Shown here one piece after another: positions 1 to 8,542 of a stretch of DNA of 64,000 bases. The DNA lies in NCBI GenBank assembly GCA_043803405.1, contig JAZDKB010000019.1, forward strand, positions 64,001-128,000, given 5' to 3'. Below the pieces are notes generated by a model, which saw only the letters and a program-made list of their open reading frames with translations, did not search any database and was not told the DNA's origin. How positions within the stretch are numbered: position 1 is the stretch's first letter; every line of letters begins with the position of its first letter. The position numbers and the translations under genes were made by a program. This stretch comes from Spirochaetota bacterium (GTDB taxonomy: Bacteria; Spirochaetota; UBA4802; JAFGDQ01).

Positions 1-2
1 TT

Positions 3-1271
3 ATATGTTTTGTAACAGGTGTTCCTGGATCGGGCAAGACTTTAGTTGGACTAAATATCGCTACAACGCATATTGATAAAGATAGTGATATTTATAGTGT
101 CTTTCTTTCTGGAAATGGACCTTTAGTAAAAATACTTAGAGAGGCACTAATACGCGACAGGATTAAACGAGAGAAAGCAACAGGGAAAAAATTAAAAAAG
201 GGTGAAGTCTCCGGTGAAGTAAAAATGTTTATACAAAATGTTCATAATTTTCGTGATGAATGTTTACGAGTTACAGAAAAACCACCAATAGAACATGTAG
301 CTTTATTTGATGAGGCTCAAAGGGCTTGGGATGTTCAGCAAACATCAAATTTTATGAAGCGTAAAAAAAATACACCAAATTTCAATAAATCAGAATCTGA
401 ATTTTTAATATCTTGTCTTGACCGGCATAAAGACTGGGCTGTCGTTGTCTGTCTTGTTGGAGGTGGACAGGAAATAAATACCGGAGAAGCTGGGATAAGT
501 GAATGGATTATTTCTTTGAACAGATCATTCCCTGACTGGCATATTCATATATCGCCTAATTTAACAGAATCCGAATACGGTGCTAAAGATGTAATACAAA
601 ATGTAAAAGATAGAAAAAATGTCTTTTTCAAAGATAAACTTCATTTATCAGTTTCTATGAGATCTTTTAGAGCTGAGAATGTATCTTTACTGGTAAAACA
701 ATTACTTGATTTAGACAAAGACAGTGCTAAAAAGACTTTAATAGAACTTATAGAAAAATTTCCTATTGTAATTACACGTGATTTACCAAAAGCAAAAAAT
801 TGGTTAAAAAAACAGGCGAGAGGTTCTGAACGTTACGGCATTATTGTATCATCTGAAGCTGAACGCTTAAGACCATATGCAATTAATATAAAGTCTCCAA
901 TGGATCCGATTCATTGGTTTCTTAATGGAAAAGAAGATATTAGATCATCCTATTATCTTGAGGATGTAGCAACTGAATTTAGTATTCAAGGACTAGAATT
1001 GGATTGGGCTTGCGTTACATGGGATGCTGATTTTCGATTTTCTAATAATGGATGGGAATATTGGTCGTTTCGTGGAAACAAGTGGAATCACATCCTGAAA
1101 CAGGAACGCCAAAGATATTTAAAGAACGCATATAGAGTTTTACTAACAAGAGCAAGGCAAGGTATGGTAATTGTAGTCCCTGAAGGAGACAAGGACGATC
1201 CAACAAGAAAGGACAAATTCTACGATCCTACATACAATTACTTAAAAGAGATATGTTTTCAAGAGATCTAA
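3..1271 (+). CDS. DUF2075 / Schlafen-group-3-like P-loop helicase-domain protein, 5'-truncated by the window edge
   Basis: The frame is open upstream of the 225 ATG and reads [20 protein letters not shown] (Walker A). It also has [36 protein letters not shown] and [14 protein letters not shown], motifs typical of DUF2075. Confidence 0.85.
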   Translation: MCFVTGVPGSGKTLVGLNIATTHIDKDSDIYSVFLSGNGPLVKILREALIRDRIKREKATGKKLKKGEVSGEVKMFIQNVHNFRDECLRVTEKPPIEHVALFDEAQRAWDVQQTSNFMKRKKNTPNFNKSESEFLISCLDRHKDWAVVVCLVGGGQEINTGEAGISEWIISLNRSFPDWHIHISPNLTESEYGAKDVIQNVKDRKNVFFKDKLHLSVSMRSFRAENVSLLVKQLLDLDKDSAKKTLIELIEKFPIVITRDLPKAKNWLKKQARGSERYGIIVSSEAERLRPYAINIKSPMDPIHWFLNGKEDIRSSYYLEDVATEFSIQGLELDWACVTWDADFRFSNNGWEYWSFRGNKWNHILKQERQRYLKNAYRVLLTRARQGMVIVVPEGDKDDPTRKDKFYDPTYNYLKEICFQEI

Positions 1272-1355
1272 GTAAATTTATAACATACATTTATGGTCAG
1301 CCATTTGAGTATTTTTTTTAAACAAAAAGTATATCATACATAGCGGAGAAAACCA

Positions 1356-2303
1356 ATGAGTAAAAGAACATATATTTCTTTTCTGTTAATCTTTATTATT
1401 TCATGTAATACCAATAAAAATGTAACTAACTTACAAATTGAAGACAATTATTCAACAGCAATTGAAAAATTAACTTTAAATCTGAAGAACCTTTATCTCA
1501 CAAATTTTTTAGCAGCTAAAAAGAAACTCGCAGTTATAATATTTGTAAATGAGAATGGCATTCAATCTCGAATGGGAGAATTCATTTCAAATAGCATTCA
1601 ATTAAAAATATTCGATCCAAAAACATTTACATTACTTGAAAGAGAAAGAATAGACAGTCTATTAAGCGAATATGAATTTAATCAAACAGGACTTGTTAGC
1701 AGTATTGACTCAAAAAAATTAGGACAATTACTCGGAGCTGATCTTGTGCTGATTGGCACAGTAGCCCTGAATAAAACAGATAATAATAAACTTTATTTTA
1801 TAATCACTGGAAGGATAGTTAATCTTGAATCCGGTGAGATAACAGCAATTAATTCGATAAATATTAAATCAAATGATGAGTTATTCGAAAAATACAATAC
1901 AAAGCTTGCAAAGAATCTTGTAAATATAGCCGGACAATATAAGCTCACAATCAAAAATATAGTTGTTGATCGTAAAAAAGCAGACGGAAGAGACTGGGAT
2001 GTAATGAGTGGACCAGATATTTTTTTAATAGTAAAAACGTCATTAACAGATAACATAAAATCAAAGATATTTACTGACAAGTACGAAGTTCAGGGAGAGG
2101 TATTAACAAGCAGAATTATTCTAGGGAAGAATGATTATATAAACATTGCTGTATACGATTATGATGACATGGAAAAGGATCTTATAGGCAATATAATAAT
2201 CAGTGAACAGCAAATCATAGATTGCTTAACAGCCAAAACAGAAAAGAAAGTTAATGTTGATCAGATAAAATCGTTAACTTATTCCATTGAGAGGGAAGAT
2301 TAG
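1356..2303 (+). CDS. Predicted lipoprotein with a CsgG/FlgO-like domain and a C-terminal C2-like domain
   Basis: Lipobox-like IIS-C17. CsgG/TolB_N-like segment LLERERIDSLLSE...KKLGQLLGADLVLIG...RIVNLESGEI. C-terminal acidic loops DWDVMSGPDIF and VYDYDDMEKDLIG. Confidence 0.7.
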   Translation: MSKRTYISFLLIFIISCNTNKNVTNLQIEDNYSTAIEKLTLNLKNLYLTNFLAAKKKLAVIIFVNENGIQSRMGEFISNSIQLKIFDPKTFTLLERERIDSLLSEYEFNQTGLVSSIDSKKLGQLLGADLVLIGTVALNKTDNNKLYFIITGRIVNLESGEITAINSINIKSNDELFEKYNTKLAKNLVNIAGQYKLTIKNIVVDRKKADGRDWDVMSGPDIFLIVKTSLTDNIKSKIFTDKYEVQGEVLTSRIILGKNDYINIAVYDYDDMEKDLIGNIIISEQQIIDCLTAKTEKKVNVDQIKSLTYSIERED

Positions 2304-2322
2304 AAAAGACGCATTCAATTGC

Positions 2323-2339
2323 ATCCAATCTCGCTTTAC
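2323..2339 (+). repeat. Truncated left arm of the island's attC-like repeat family
   Basis: ATCCAATCTCGCTTTAC matches ATCCAATCTCCCTTTAC at 8366-8382 in 16/17 positions and lies 19 bp after the lipoprotein stop. Confidence 0.55.
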
Positions 2340-2348
2340 ATCTTCTAC

Positions 2349-2501
2349 CCCTTAATCTTTGCAGAACAACGCGTTATTATAGAACGCGATGATCGCTTAC
2401 TCGGGAAGGTAGACGAACTAGAGACGCAGGTCACGGAACAGAAAGAACGTGCTGAGGAGTTAAAGCAGTCTGTTTTGAGATAGGTATTCGTGGGAAGATA
2501 G
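2349..2501 (+). pseudogene. hsdS: 3' remnant of a type I restriction-modification specificity subunit (HsdS)
   Basis: Translates as PLIFAEQRVIIERDDRLLGKVDELETQVTEQKERAEELKQSVLR*VFVGR*, like the HsdS C-terminal helix (PPLxEQxRIV...L.QS.L..AF.G). It has an in-frame TAG at 2481-2483 and no start. Confidence 0.7.
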
Positions 2502-2552
2502 AATATATAAAATTGTAATTAGAATTATTAAAGGAATTACTAACCAGAAAAT

Positions 2553-3314
2553 ATGCCACTTAAATTCACTTCGCATGCATCAAATAATATTTTTTTAGGT
2601 CAACATGCTATCATTGTAGATGAAATTAAATTAGTAAAGTGGGTTGCTTCGACGCTTATTTCAAAACATAATCATATATTGAGAATTATTTCATCAGACA
2701 AAAAAGATAAAAAATTAAAGATTAAAGACACCGTAGTAAGAAGTGTTATTAAAAAAGTATTACATGCAATAGATACAGACCATCGGGATGGACTTCTTTT
2801 TCAACATATTTCATGGATATGTGCTGCAATAAATAAAAATAAATATGACCTACTTAAAGCTCCACATTGTCGAATAGCTGACAAAGGACAAGATAATCTT
2901 ATTATTCATTTAAATAAAAATAATAAAATTACAAGTATTTCTATATGTGAAGATAAAGCTACAAGCAATGTACGGGATACAATAAGAGATAAAGTTTTCC
3001 CTGAATTTGCTGTTTATGAGTCAGGTGAAAAAGATTCCGAGCTGGAATCTGAAGTTCTTTCGATGTTAGAAAAACATACTGATACAAATCGGGCAGAGTC
3101 ATTAATTAAAAGTATTTTTTGGGATCAGGCCAGGAACTATAAAATAAATGTTACGATTACGAATGAAGATCCATTTCGAATATTTAAAGATTACGAAAAT
3201 TGCATTAAAGGTAATGTCGATAGAAGAACTGGTAACACTATTCAAATACACGACTTACGTAATTGGTTTACTCAATTCGCAAAGAAAATTGAAGATTACT
3301 TAAATTCGTTATAA
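2553..3314 (+). CDS. Putative PD-(D/E)xK nuclease, HamA-like partner of the downstream helicase
   Basis: 253 aa with a D...ExK arrangement (KGQDNLII...ISICEDKAT). It ends 8 bp before a Ski2-like helicase, with an RBS (GAGG) in the gap. Confidence 0.6.
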   Translation: MPLKFTSHASNNIFLGQHAIIVDEIKLVKWVASTLISKHNHILRIISSDKKDKKLKIKDTVVRSVIKKVLHAIDTDHRDGLLFQHISWICAAINKNKYDLLKAPHCRIADKGQDNLIIHLNKNNKITSISICEDKATSNVRDTIRDKVFPEFAVYESGEKDSELESEVLSMLEKHTDTNRAESLIKSIFWDQARNYKINVTITNEDPFRIFKDYENCIKGNVDRRTGNTIQIHDLRNWFTQFAKKIEDYLNSL

Positions 3315-3322
3315 GAGGCATA

Positions 3323-6300
3323 ATGTTTGATCCAGTTTCTGCAGAGATTATTAGGTCAGCTCCAGAATTAGAAGGTATTACTCATGACCGTCTTCCTGAA
3401 TACCTTAGTGAGATGTATACAAAAATTGTAAATCTAAGAATAAAAATTAATCTTTCCAATGTATCAATCGATAAAAAGGATCATGAAGAATTACAAAAAT
3501 TGTGGAGACTTGCTCACACTTATAGCGCATTAACTGTGGGTGGCAAATTAGAAAAAAAGCAAAAGCTTGGAGCTGCATTCGTAGCTGCAAATGCATTCAA
3601 TTTAATTTGGCAGGCCAATAAAATTGGCCTAACTTCTTTTCAATTGCTTAATGAATTTTCAGATTTCTCGATTTCTCCAGTAATTTTATCTGCTATTCTT
3701 TTTATGATAGCGGAACAACCAGCGGATGCATACGAAGCCTCAGAAAAAATAAAACCTAAAATTGAGTCACTCTCATCAATTAATATATTGGAACAAGCTA
3801 TATATTTTTTAGTAACAGGGAAACTGAAGGAAATTGCAAAACTTCCAGAAGCAGATAAAATAAAAACAAATGTAATGGAAGAACCTGATTTGGAATCAGC
3901 AGCTTATAAGATTTTATGGAATAAAATTATTGAAGGAATAAGAAAATTATCCCACATATTATTGGGTATATCTGAAGTAAGCGTTCATCAATCCTGGAGG
4001 ACATTATTACAAGAAGTCATCGATTTAGCTTCGATTAGAGAAAAAAACGGCGACTTTGAATTTGTAAGTAATTTTGCTGCCCCCTACCATTTAGCATACT
4101 TACTTTTAGAAATGGGAGAAGAATTGTTACTTAAAGCGGTAATAAATATACCTCCCCCTCCAAGGATTGATCAAGATTTATGGAAAGGCTACTTAAAGAC
4201 TGTAGTTCAAAAACGACCTTACCTTTGGAAAAATCACTACGATGCCATTCAGAGTGGTTTTCTAACACCTGGAGTATCATCTGTTATTACATTTCCAACA
4301 GGTGCTGGAAAATCTACGATTACAGAATTTAAAATTGCTTCTACTTTAATAAGTGGGAAAAGTGTCCTCTACTTAACTCCAACGAAAGCACTTGTAGATC
4401 AAGTTGAACGAGATCTAAAAAATAATATTGGGCAATACTTTTCTGAAGATAATTTAATTGAGCTGCTTTTTGGATCGGATACTAAGGACTTTTCCCCAGA
4501 GAATTTAATTAACGGGTCAGTAATTGAAGATAACTATTTTATAGATTTTAATGAAGGAATTCCATCAGTAGCGGTAATGACTCCCGAACGGTGTTTATCA
4601 ATATTGTGTGTTGAGAAAGATTCTTTTAATAATTTAGGCCTTATTATTTTTGACGAATGTCATTTACTTCACGGGGGAGGTACTTTTATTGATAGAAGAG
4701 GAATTGATGCGATGTTTGCTCTATTATACCTATTATCAATTCCGGAAATCAAGCCAGATGTATTATTAGCTTCTGCGATGGTAGCGAATGGAGATGAATT
4801 ATCTGGTTGGCTTTCTAATATTTTAAAACGAAAGTGTCTTTCTCTCAATTTACGATGGAAACCTACAAGACAAGCACGTGGCTGTGTGGTGTATGATAAA
4901 GATAATATTACTAATCTCAATAACTTGATTACCCATTATTTAAAGACAACAAATGTTATTAATCCTCCAAATGAATTACAAAATCAACTTTTGATAAAAC
5001 CTGAAGGCCTATTTTGTTTAAAACAAACCTGGAACACCAATGCAACTGAAGATTATACAAAAATACGTTTGTTAAACAATGAAATATTAATCACTGCATC
5101 AGGTAAGAGACCAAAATGGCATCTTACTGCTAATCGCAATAATGTAGCTGCAGAAATAGGGCAATTTTTTTCTGCGATGGGAATTAAAACTTTAATTTTC
5201 GCAGATTCCCCCAAAAATGCCATTAGCATTGCTATTAAAGCTGCAAATCTTATAAATGATTCAAAAAAAATACAATACCGAGATGAAGATTTAAAATTAT
5301 TAGAAATTTGTAAAGTTGAAATTGGTTCTTCGGATAATATTTATGAAACAATTGAAAACAAAACAGGCTGTCATCATGGATTATTATTCTTAACGGAGAG
5401 AAGGCTTATTGAACAGATATTTAGGCGTAATGATGCAACTGGAATAAATCTATTATCAGCTACACCTACTTTAGCACAAGGAATGAATTTACCAGTTGAG
5501 CTAGTAATCCTTGCTGGTGATGATCGTTATGATGTAAATTTTGATAGCAGAAAATTATTAAATGCTCATGAATTATTAAATGCAAGTGGACGCGCAGGAA
5601 GAGCTGGCTGGGTTGCGACTGGTTTAGTTATTTTAATACCTAGTAATATAATATCCATTCATGAATCAGCAAATGCTACTACCTTAGACAAGTATTGGTT
5701 TGAATTAAAAAATTTGATTTATAGCCAAGAAGACCAATGTCTTGAAATAATTGATCCATTAACCCTTTGTCTGGATGCGATTCAAAATGAATCTGAAAAT
5801 AATAAACGAGAAGCAGAATACTTTTTACAACGATTGCCAAAATTACAAACTCATAATATTTCTGATTTATTAAAAAAGTCATTCGGATATTATAAATCAA
5901 AACAAAAAGATGCCGAGAAAGATTATTTAGAGAAAATATTAATTATTGAAGATAGAATTTCAAAGTTATCTGTAGAAAAATTCGATAACTGGATAGAAGC
6001 TATTGCCACAGAGACAGGCATTAAAACCATTATAATAAATAACATTAAAAACATTCTCTTAGAAATAACCCCAACAAAAAACACAATCGAATGGATTGAT
6101 TTCATTTTACTTTGGTTAAAGAATAATAAAGAATTTTGTTCAGAAATCATGCCTATTGAAAAATTGAAATCCATTCTAAAAGCAAAATTAAAAGGAAATA
6201 ATATTTCCCATGAAATGTTAATCCCAGAAATTGGTTCCTTATTGAAACTTTGGATGGGAGGAGAAACTATTACATCAATGGCTGAATGGATTGATGACAA

Positions 6301-6640
6301 AAAGGAAAAATGTAAAAATATCAGAGAATTTATTATCAGATTATTACCGAGCATTAGTTTTATTTTTGGTTTATTTCCGTTAGTTTATAGAAAAATGATC
6401 GAAAATAATAATTCTGAAGATGTAATCCCTGCAGATTTTGGTTCTTTAGCTGGTTGCATAAGAGAAGGTTTTGATTGTCCAGAAAAACTGGCGATGTATC
6501 AAATTAAAATTAAACGGGACTTAATATGCCGTGTTAAGATTCACCAAGAATATAATAAAATAAAATTTGAGAAGATAATCGATAGAAGCATTGAAACATA
6601 TGACGACTTATTAAAAAGAGTCAGGAAAGCACTTGATTGA
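3323..6640 (+). CDS. Ski2-like DEAD/DEAH-box SF2 helicase, HamB-like
   Basis: Motifs FPTGAGKST, YLTPTKALVDQ, MTPER, DECH, LASAM, HHG, ATPTLAQGMNLP and NASGRAGRAG, plus a helical N-terminal domain of about 300 aa. Confidence 0.85.
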   Translation: MFDPVSAEIIRSAPELEGITHDRLPEYLSEMYTKIVNLRIKINLSNVSIDKKDHEELQKLWRLAHTYSALTVGGKLEKKQKLGAAFVAANAFNLIWQANKIGLTSFQLLNEFSDFSISPVILSAILFMIAEQPADAYEASEKIKPKIESLSSINILEQAIYFLVTGKLKEIAKLPEADKIKTNVMEEPDLESAAYKILWNKIIEGIRKLSHILLGISEVSVHQSWRTLLQEVIDLASIREKNGDFEFVSNFAAPYHLAYLLLEMGEELLLKAVINIPPPPRIDQDLWKGYLKTVVQKRPYLWKNHYDAIQSGFLTPGVSSVITFPTGAGKSTITEFKIASTLISGKSVLYLTPTKALVDQVERDLKNNIGQYFSEDNLIELLFGSDTKDFSPENLINGSVIEDNYFIDFNEGIPSVAVMTPERCLSILCVEKDSFNNLGLIIFDECHLLHGGGTFIDRRGIDAMFALLYLLSIPEIKPDVLLASAMVANGDELSGWLSNILKRKCLSLNLRWKPTRQARGCVVYDKDNITNLNNLITHYLKTTNVINPPNELQNQLLIKPEGLFCLKQTWNTNATEDYTKIRLLNNEILITASGKRPKWHLTANRNNVAAEIGQFFSAMGIKTLIFADSPKNAISIAIKAANLINDSKKIQYRDEDLKLLEICKVEIGSSDNIYETIENKTGCHHGLLFLTERRLIEQIFRRNDATGINLLSATPTLAQGMNLPVELVILAGDDRYDVNFDSRKLLNAHELLNASGRAGRAGWVATGLVILIPSNIISIHESANATTLDKYWFELKNLIYSQEDQCLEIIDPLTLCLDAIQNESENNKREAEYFLQRLPKLQTHNISDLLKKSFGYYKSKQKDAEKDYLEKILIIEDRISKLSVEKFDNWIEAIATETGIKTIIINNIKNILLEITPTKNTIEWIDFILLWLKNNKEFCSEIMPIEKLKSILKAKLKGNNISHEMLIPEIGSLLKLWMGGETITSMAEWIDDKKEKCKNIREFIIRLLPSISFIFGLFPLVYRKMIENNNSEDVIPADFGSLAGCIREGFDCPEKLAMYQIKIKRDLICRVKIHQEYNKIKFEKIIDRSIETYDDLLKRVRKALD

Positions 6641-6676
6641 AAATACATAATTGCCATATTGCAGGAAAGGAATCAT

Positions 6677-6853
6677 ATAAAAAAATTATAAATTCAATTA
6701 AATAAGGCTTACTGGAAAAGTGTTGTTTTTGAAATAAATAGTAAAACTAGTGAAAAATTATATTATAATTTTCATCCTATCTCTGGTTTAAAAGTACAGT
6801 AGTAAAAGCATATAGTAACATCTGCAGATTATTTATTAGCAAAAAATTTATGA
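6677..6853 (+). pseudogene. Possible eroded small ORF between the helicase and repeat R1
   Basis: AGGA RBS-like site followed by ATA-AAA-AAA-TTA (possibly a mutated ATG). There are three internal stops and an in-frame TGA at 6851-6853, 8 bp before R1. Confidence 0.25.
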
Positions 6854-6861
6854 GCAATTAC

Positions 6862-7009
6862 ATCTAACCTCTCTTTACGCACTCATCCCTCCCCGCCCGG
6901 TGAGAAGATACCGCACCGGGTTATTGAAGCGTGTGCGTCGGTCGGACACAAACGGACATCCTGTCCGTGTCCGACACTAGGACATCCATGTCCGTCGCCC
7001 TCGTCATTC
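6862..7009 (+). repeat. attC-like / REP-like GC-rich palindromic repeat R1
   Basis: Begins ATCTAAC (fits RYYYAAC). Hairpins CCCGGTG/CACCGGG, GTCGGACAC..GTGTCCGAC and GGACA-TCCA-TGTCC. Shares modules with R2 and R3. Confidence 0.7.
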
Positions 7010-7030
7010 AATTTTAATAAAGAAAATTTG

Positions 7031-7060
7031 TTGCAATTTAATTTCTGAATAACATATAAA
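7031..7060 (+). promoter_or_regulatory. Putative sigma70 promoter of TA unit 1
   Basis: TTGCAA-18 bp-TATAAA upstream of the AGGAG RBS and the ATG at 7083. Confidence 0.35.
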
Positions 7061-7082
7061 GTATATATCAGGAGAAAGAATT

Positions 7083-7280
7083 ATGGATAAAGGGCTTTTA
7101 AATAAAGCACTGAAAATGCCCCCAAATGAAAGAGTGGTATTTGCAGAATTAATTCTTGCCAGCATAGACCATGAAGAAGAAGAAATGCGGAAAGCATGGC
7201 TTACTGAAGTTAATTCACGGATGAAAGCTGTTAATGAAGGAAAAGCTAAGCTGCTTGATTTCGAAAAATTATATTTATGA
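7083..7280 (+). CDS. Addiction-module antitoxin component (TIGR02574-like)
   Basis: ALKMPPNERVVFAELILASID...AWLTEVNSRM pattern. ATGA overlap with the downstream toxin. Confidence 0.85.
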   Translation: MDKGLLNKALKMPPNERVVFAELILASIDHEEEEMRKAWLTEVNSRMKAVNEGKAKLLDFEKLYL

Positions 7281-7567
7281 AGATTAGCATTGATGAACTG
7301 GCAAACAAGGAATTTAATGACGCTATTGATTGGTATTAAAACCAATCAGAAGGTTTAGGAAAAAGATTTAAAAAATCTGTTATTAATCAAATAAAAAAAA
7401 TTAACAAAAATCCCAATTGGTTTTTAATAGAAGCAGATAATATTTATAAAGCATACATTCCAAAATTTCCATATAAAATATTATTTTCAATAGACAAAGA
7501 TATGATAACCATCTGGGCAATAGCTCATATGCATAGGAAACCATGGTATTGGCAGTCCAGGAAATAA
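7277..7567 (+). pseudogene. RelE/ParE-family toxin with a premature stop at codon 21
   Basis: Reads MKISIDELANKEFNDAIDWY*NQSEGLGKRF...KFPYKILFSI...WAIAHMHRKPWYWQSRK, with TAA at 7337-7339. It has 96 codons, like the intact paralogue at 8043. Not in the ORF track. Confidence 0.9.
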
Positions 7568-7581
7568 TGACATTCGTTGTA

Positions 7582-7679
7582 ACCTAACCTCTCTTTACGC
7601 ATACATCAGTCAGGCTTAAACTGGCATCCTGTTCGTCGCCTCCCCGCTCCGTGATAAGATACCGCACCGGGTTATTGAA
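7582..7679 (+). repeat. attC-like / REP-like repeat R2
   Basis: ACCTAACCTCTCTTTACGC starts 14 bp after the toxin stop. Contains GGCATCCTGTTCGTCGCC and GTGATAAGATACCGCACCGGGTTATTGAA modules shared with R1 and R3. Confidence 0.7.
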
Positions 7680-7789
7680 CAATAATAAAAATCCAATAAG
7701 GTCATACAATTAAACAACTTGACAAAATTATTTTTAATAATTATTTATATCATCAATAAAATTATTTAGAACGAATAGAGGATAAAGCA

Positions 7790-7999
7790 ATGCCTTCGGA
7801 TAATTTACTCAAAGAAGCGCTTTCTCTGAAACCCGTAGAAAAAGCAGATTTGATTGATAAGCTTCTTTCCAGCCTTGATAAGCCGGATAAAGAAATTGAT
7901 AAATTATGGGCTAAAGAAGTTGAAAACAGAATCAATGCTTACGATCGGGGAGAGGCCAAAGTTCTTACTCTTGAAGATGTGCTTAAAAAATATAAATAA
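7790..7999 (+). CDS. Addiction-module antitoxin component (TIGR02574-like)
   Basis: ALSLKPVEKADLIDKLLSSLD...LWAKEVENRINAYDRGE pattern, GAGG RBS, TTGACA at 7719-7724. Confidence 0.85.
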   Translation: MPSDNLLKEALSLKPVEKADLIDKLLSSLDKPDKEIDKLWAKEVENRINAYDRGEAKVLTLEDVLKKYK

Positions 8000-8042
8000 T
8001 ATTCCTCTTTGATCCAGCCTTAAAAAATAGAATAATTTCAAA

Positions 8043-8333
8043 ATGAGAATAAATTTTCTGGAAATCGCTAAAATCGAATTAGATTATGCAATAGAATATT
8101 ACAATTATGAATCTACAGGGCTTGGCGACGAATTTTTAATAGAAATTTTGAAAGTCCTTGACCGCATTGGACAATTTCCGGAAGCATGGCACCCATATTC
8201 CATAAGAACAAGAAGATGCCAGACTCGTAGATTTCCATATGGAGTGATTTATCAGATAAGGGAAAATGAAATATTAGTAGTTGCAGTTGCAAATCTCCAT
8301 AGAAAACCTGATTATTGGAAAGATCGGGTATAA
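8043..8333 (+). CDS. RelE/ParE-family toxin
   Basis: ELDYAIEYY...GLGDEF...RRFPYGVIY...VVAVANLHRKPDYWKDR; follows an antitoxin. Confidence 0.9.
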   Translation: MRINFLEIAKIELDYAIEYYNYESTGLGDEFLIEILKVLDRIGQFPEAWHPYSIRTRRCQTRRFPYGVIYQIRENEILVVAVANLHRKPDYWKDRV

Positions 8334-8365
8334 AATATAAAAACTCTTTAGCAAGCTATATAAAA

Positions 8366-8526
8366 ATCCAATCTCCCTTTACGTACCCCGCCCCCCTCCG
8401 TGAGAAGATACCGCTCCGGGTTATTGAAGCGTGTCCGTCTCTCCCGTCATTTGCAGACAAGCATCCGGTATGCGCAGAGAGGCGAGGGAAGCAGCAGTGG
8501 CGGAACAACTATTTGCATCGTTAAGC
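8366..8526 (+). repeat. attC-like / REP-like repeat R3
   Basis: Left arm ATCCAATCTCCCTTTACG and the shared GTGAGAAGATACCGCTCCGGGTTATTGAAGCGTGT module. Ends GTTAAGC, an exact GTTRRRY, at 8520-8526. Confidence 0.65.
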
Positions 8527-8542
8527 GGCGCCAGCCCAGGCA

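Noticed and set aside
1277..1303. Collapsed attC site (TTATAAC...GTCAGCC) after the DUF2075 gene
   Set aside because: Too short, lacks the shared repeat arm and has no pairing; could be chance.
7004..7345. 113-aa minus-strand ORF
   Set aside because: Antisense shadow of the TA unit.
8315..8524. 69-aa ORF in the track
   Set aside because: It overlaps the toxin end and simply reads through repeat R3.
6862..8526. CRISPR array
   Set aside because: The repeats are long, degenerate and separated by whole genes, and there are no cas genes.
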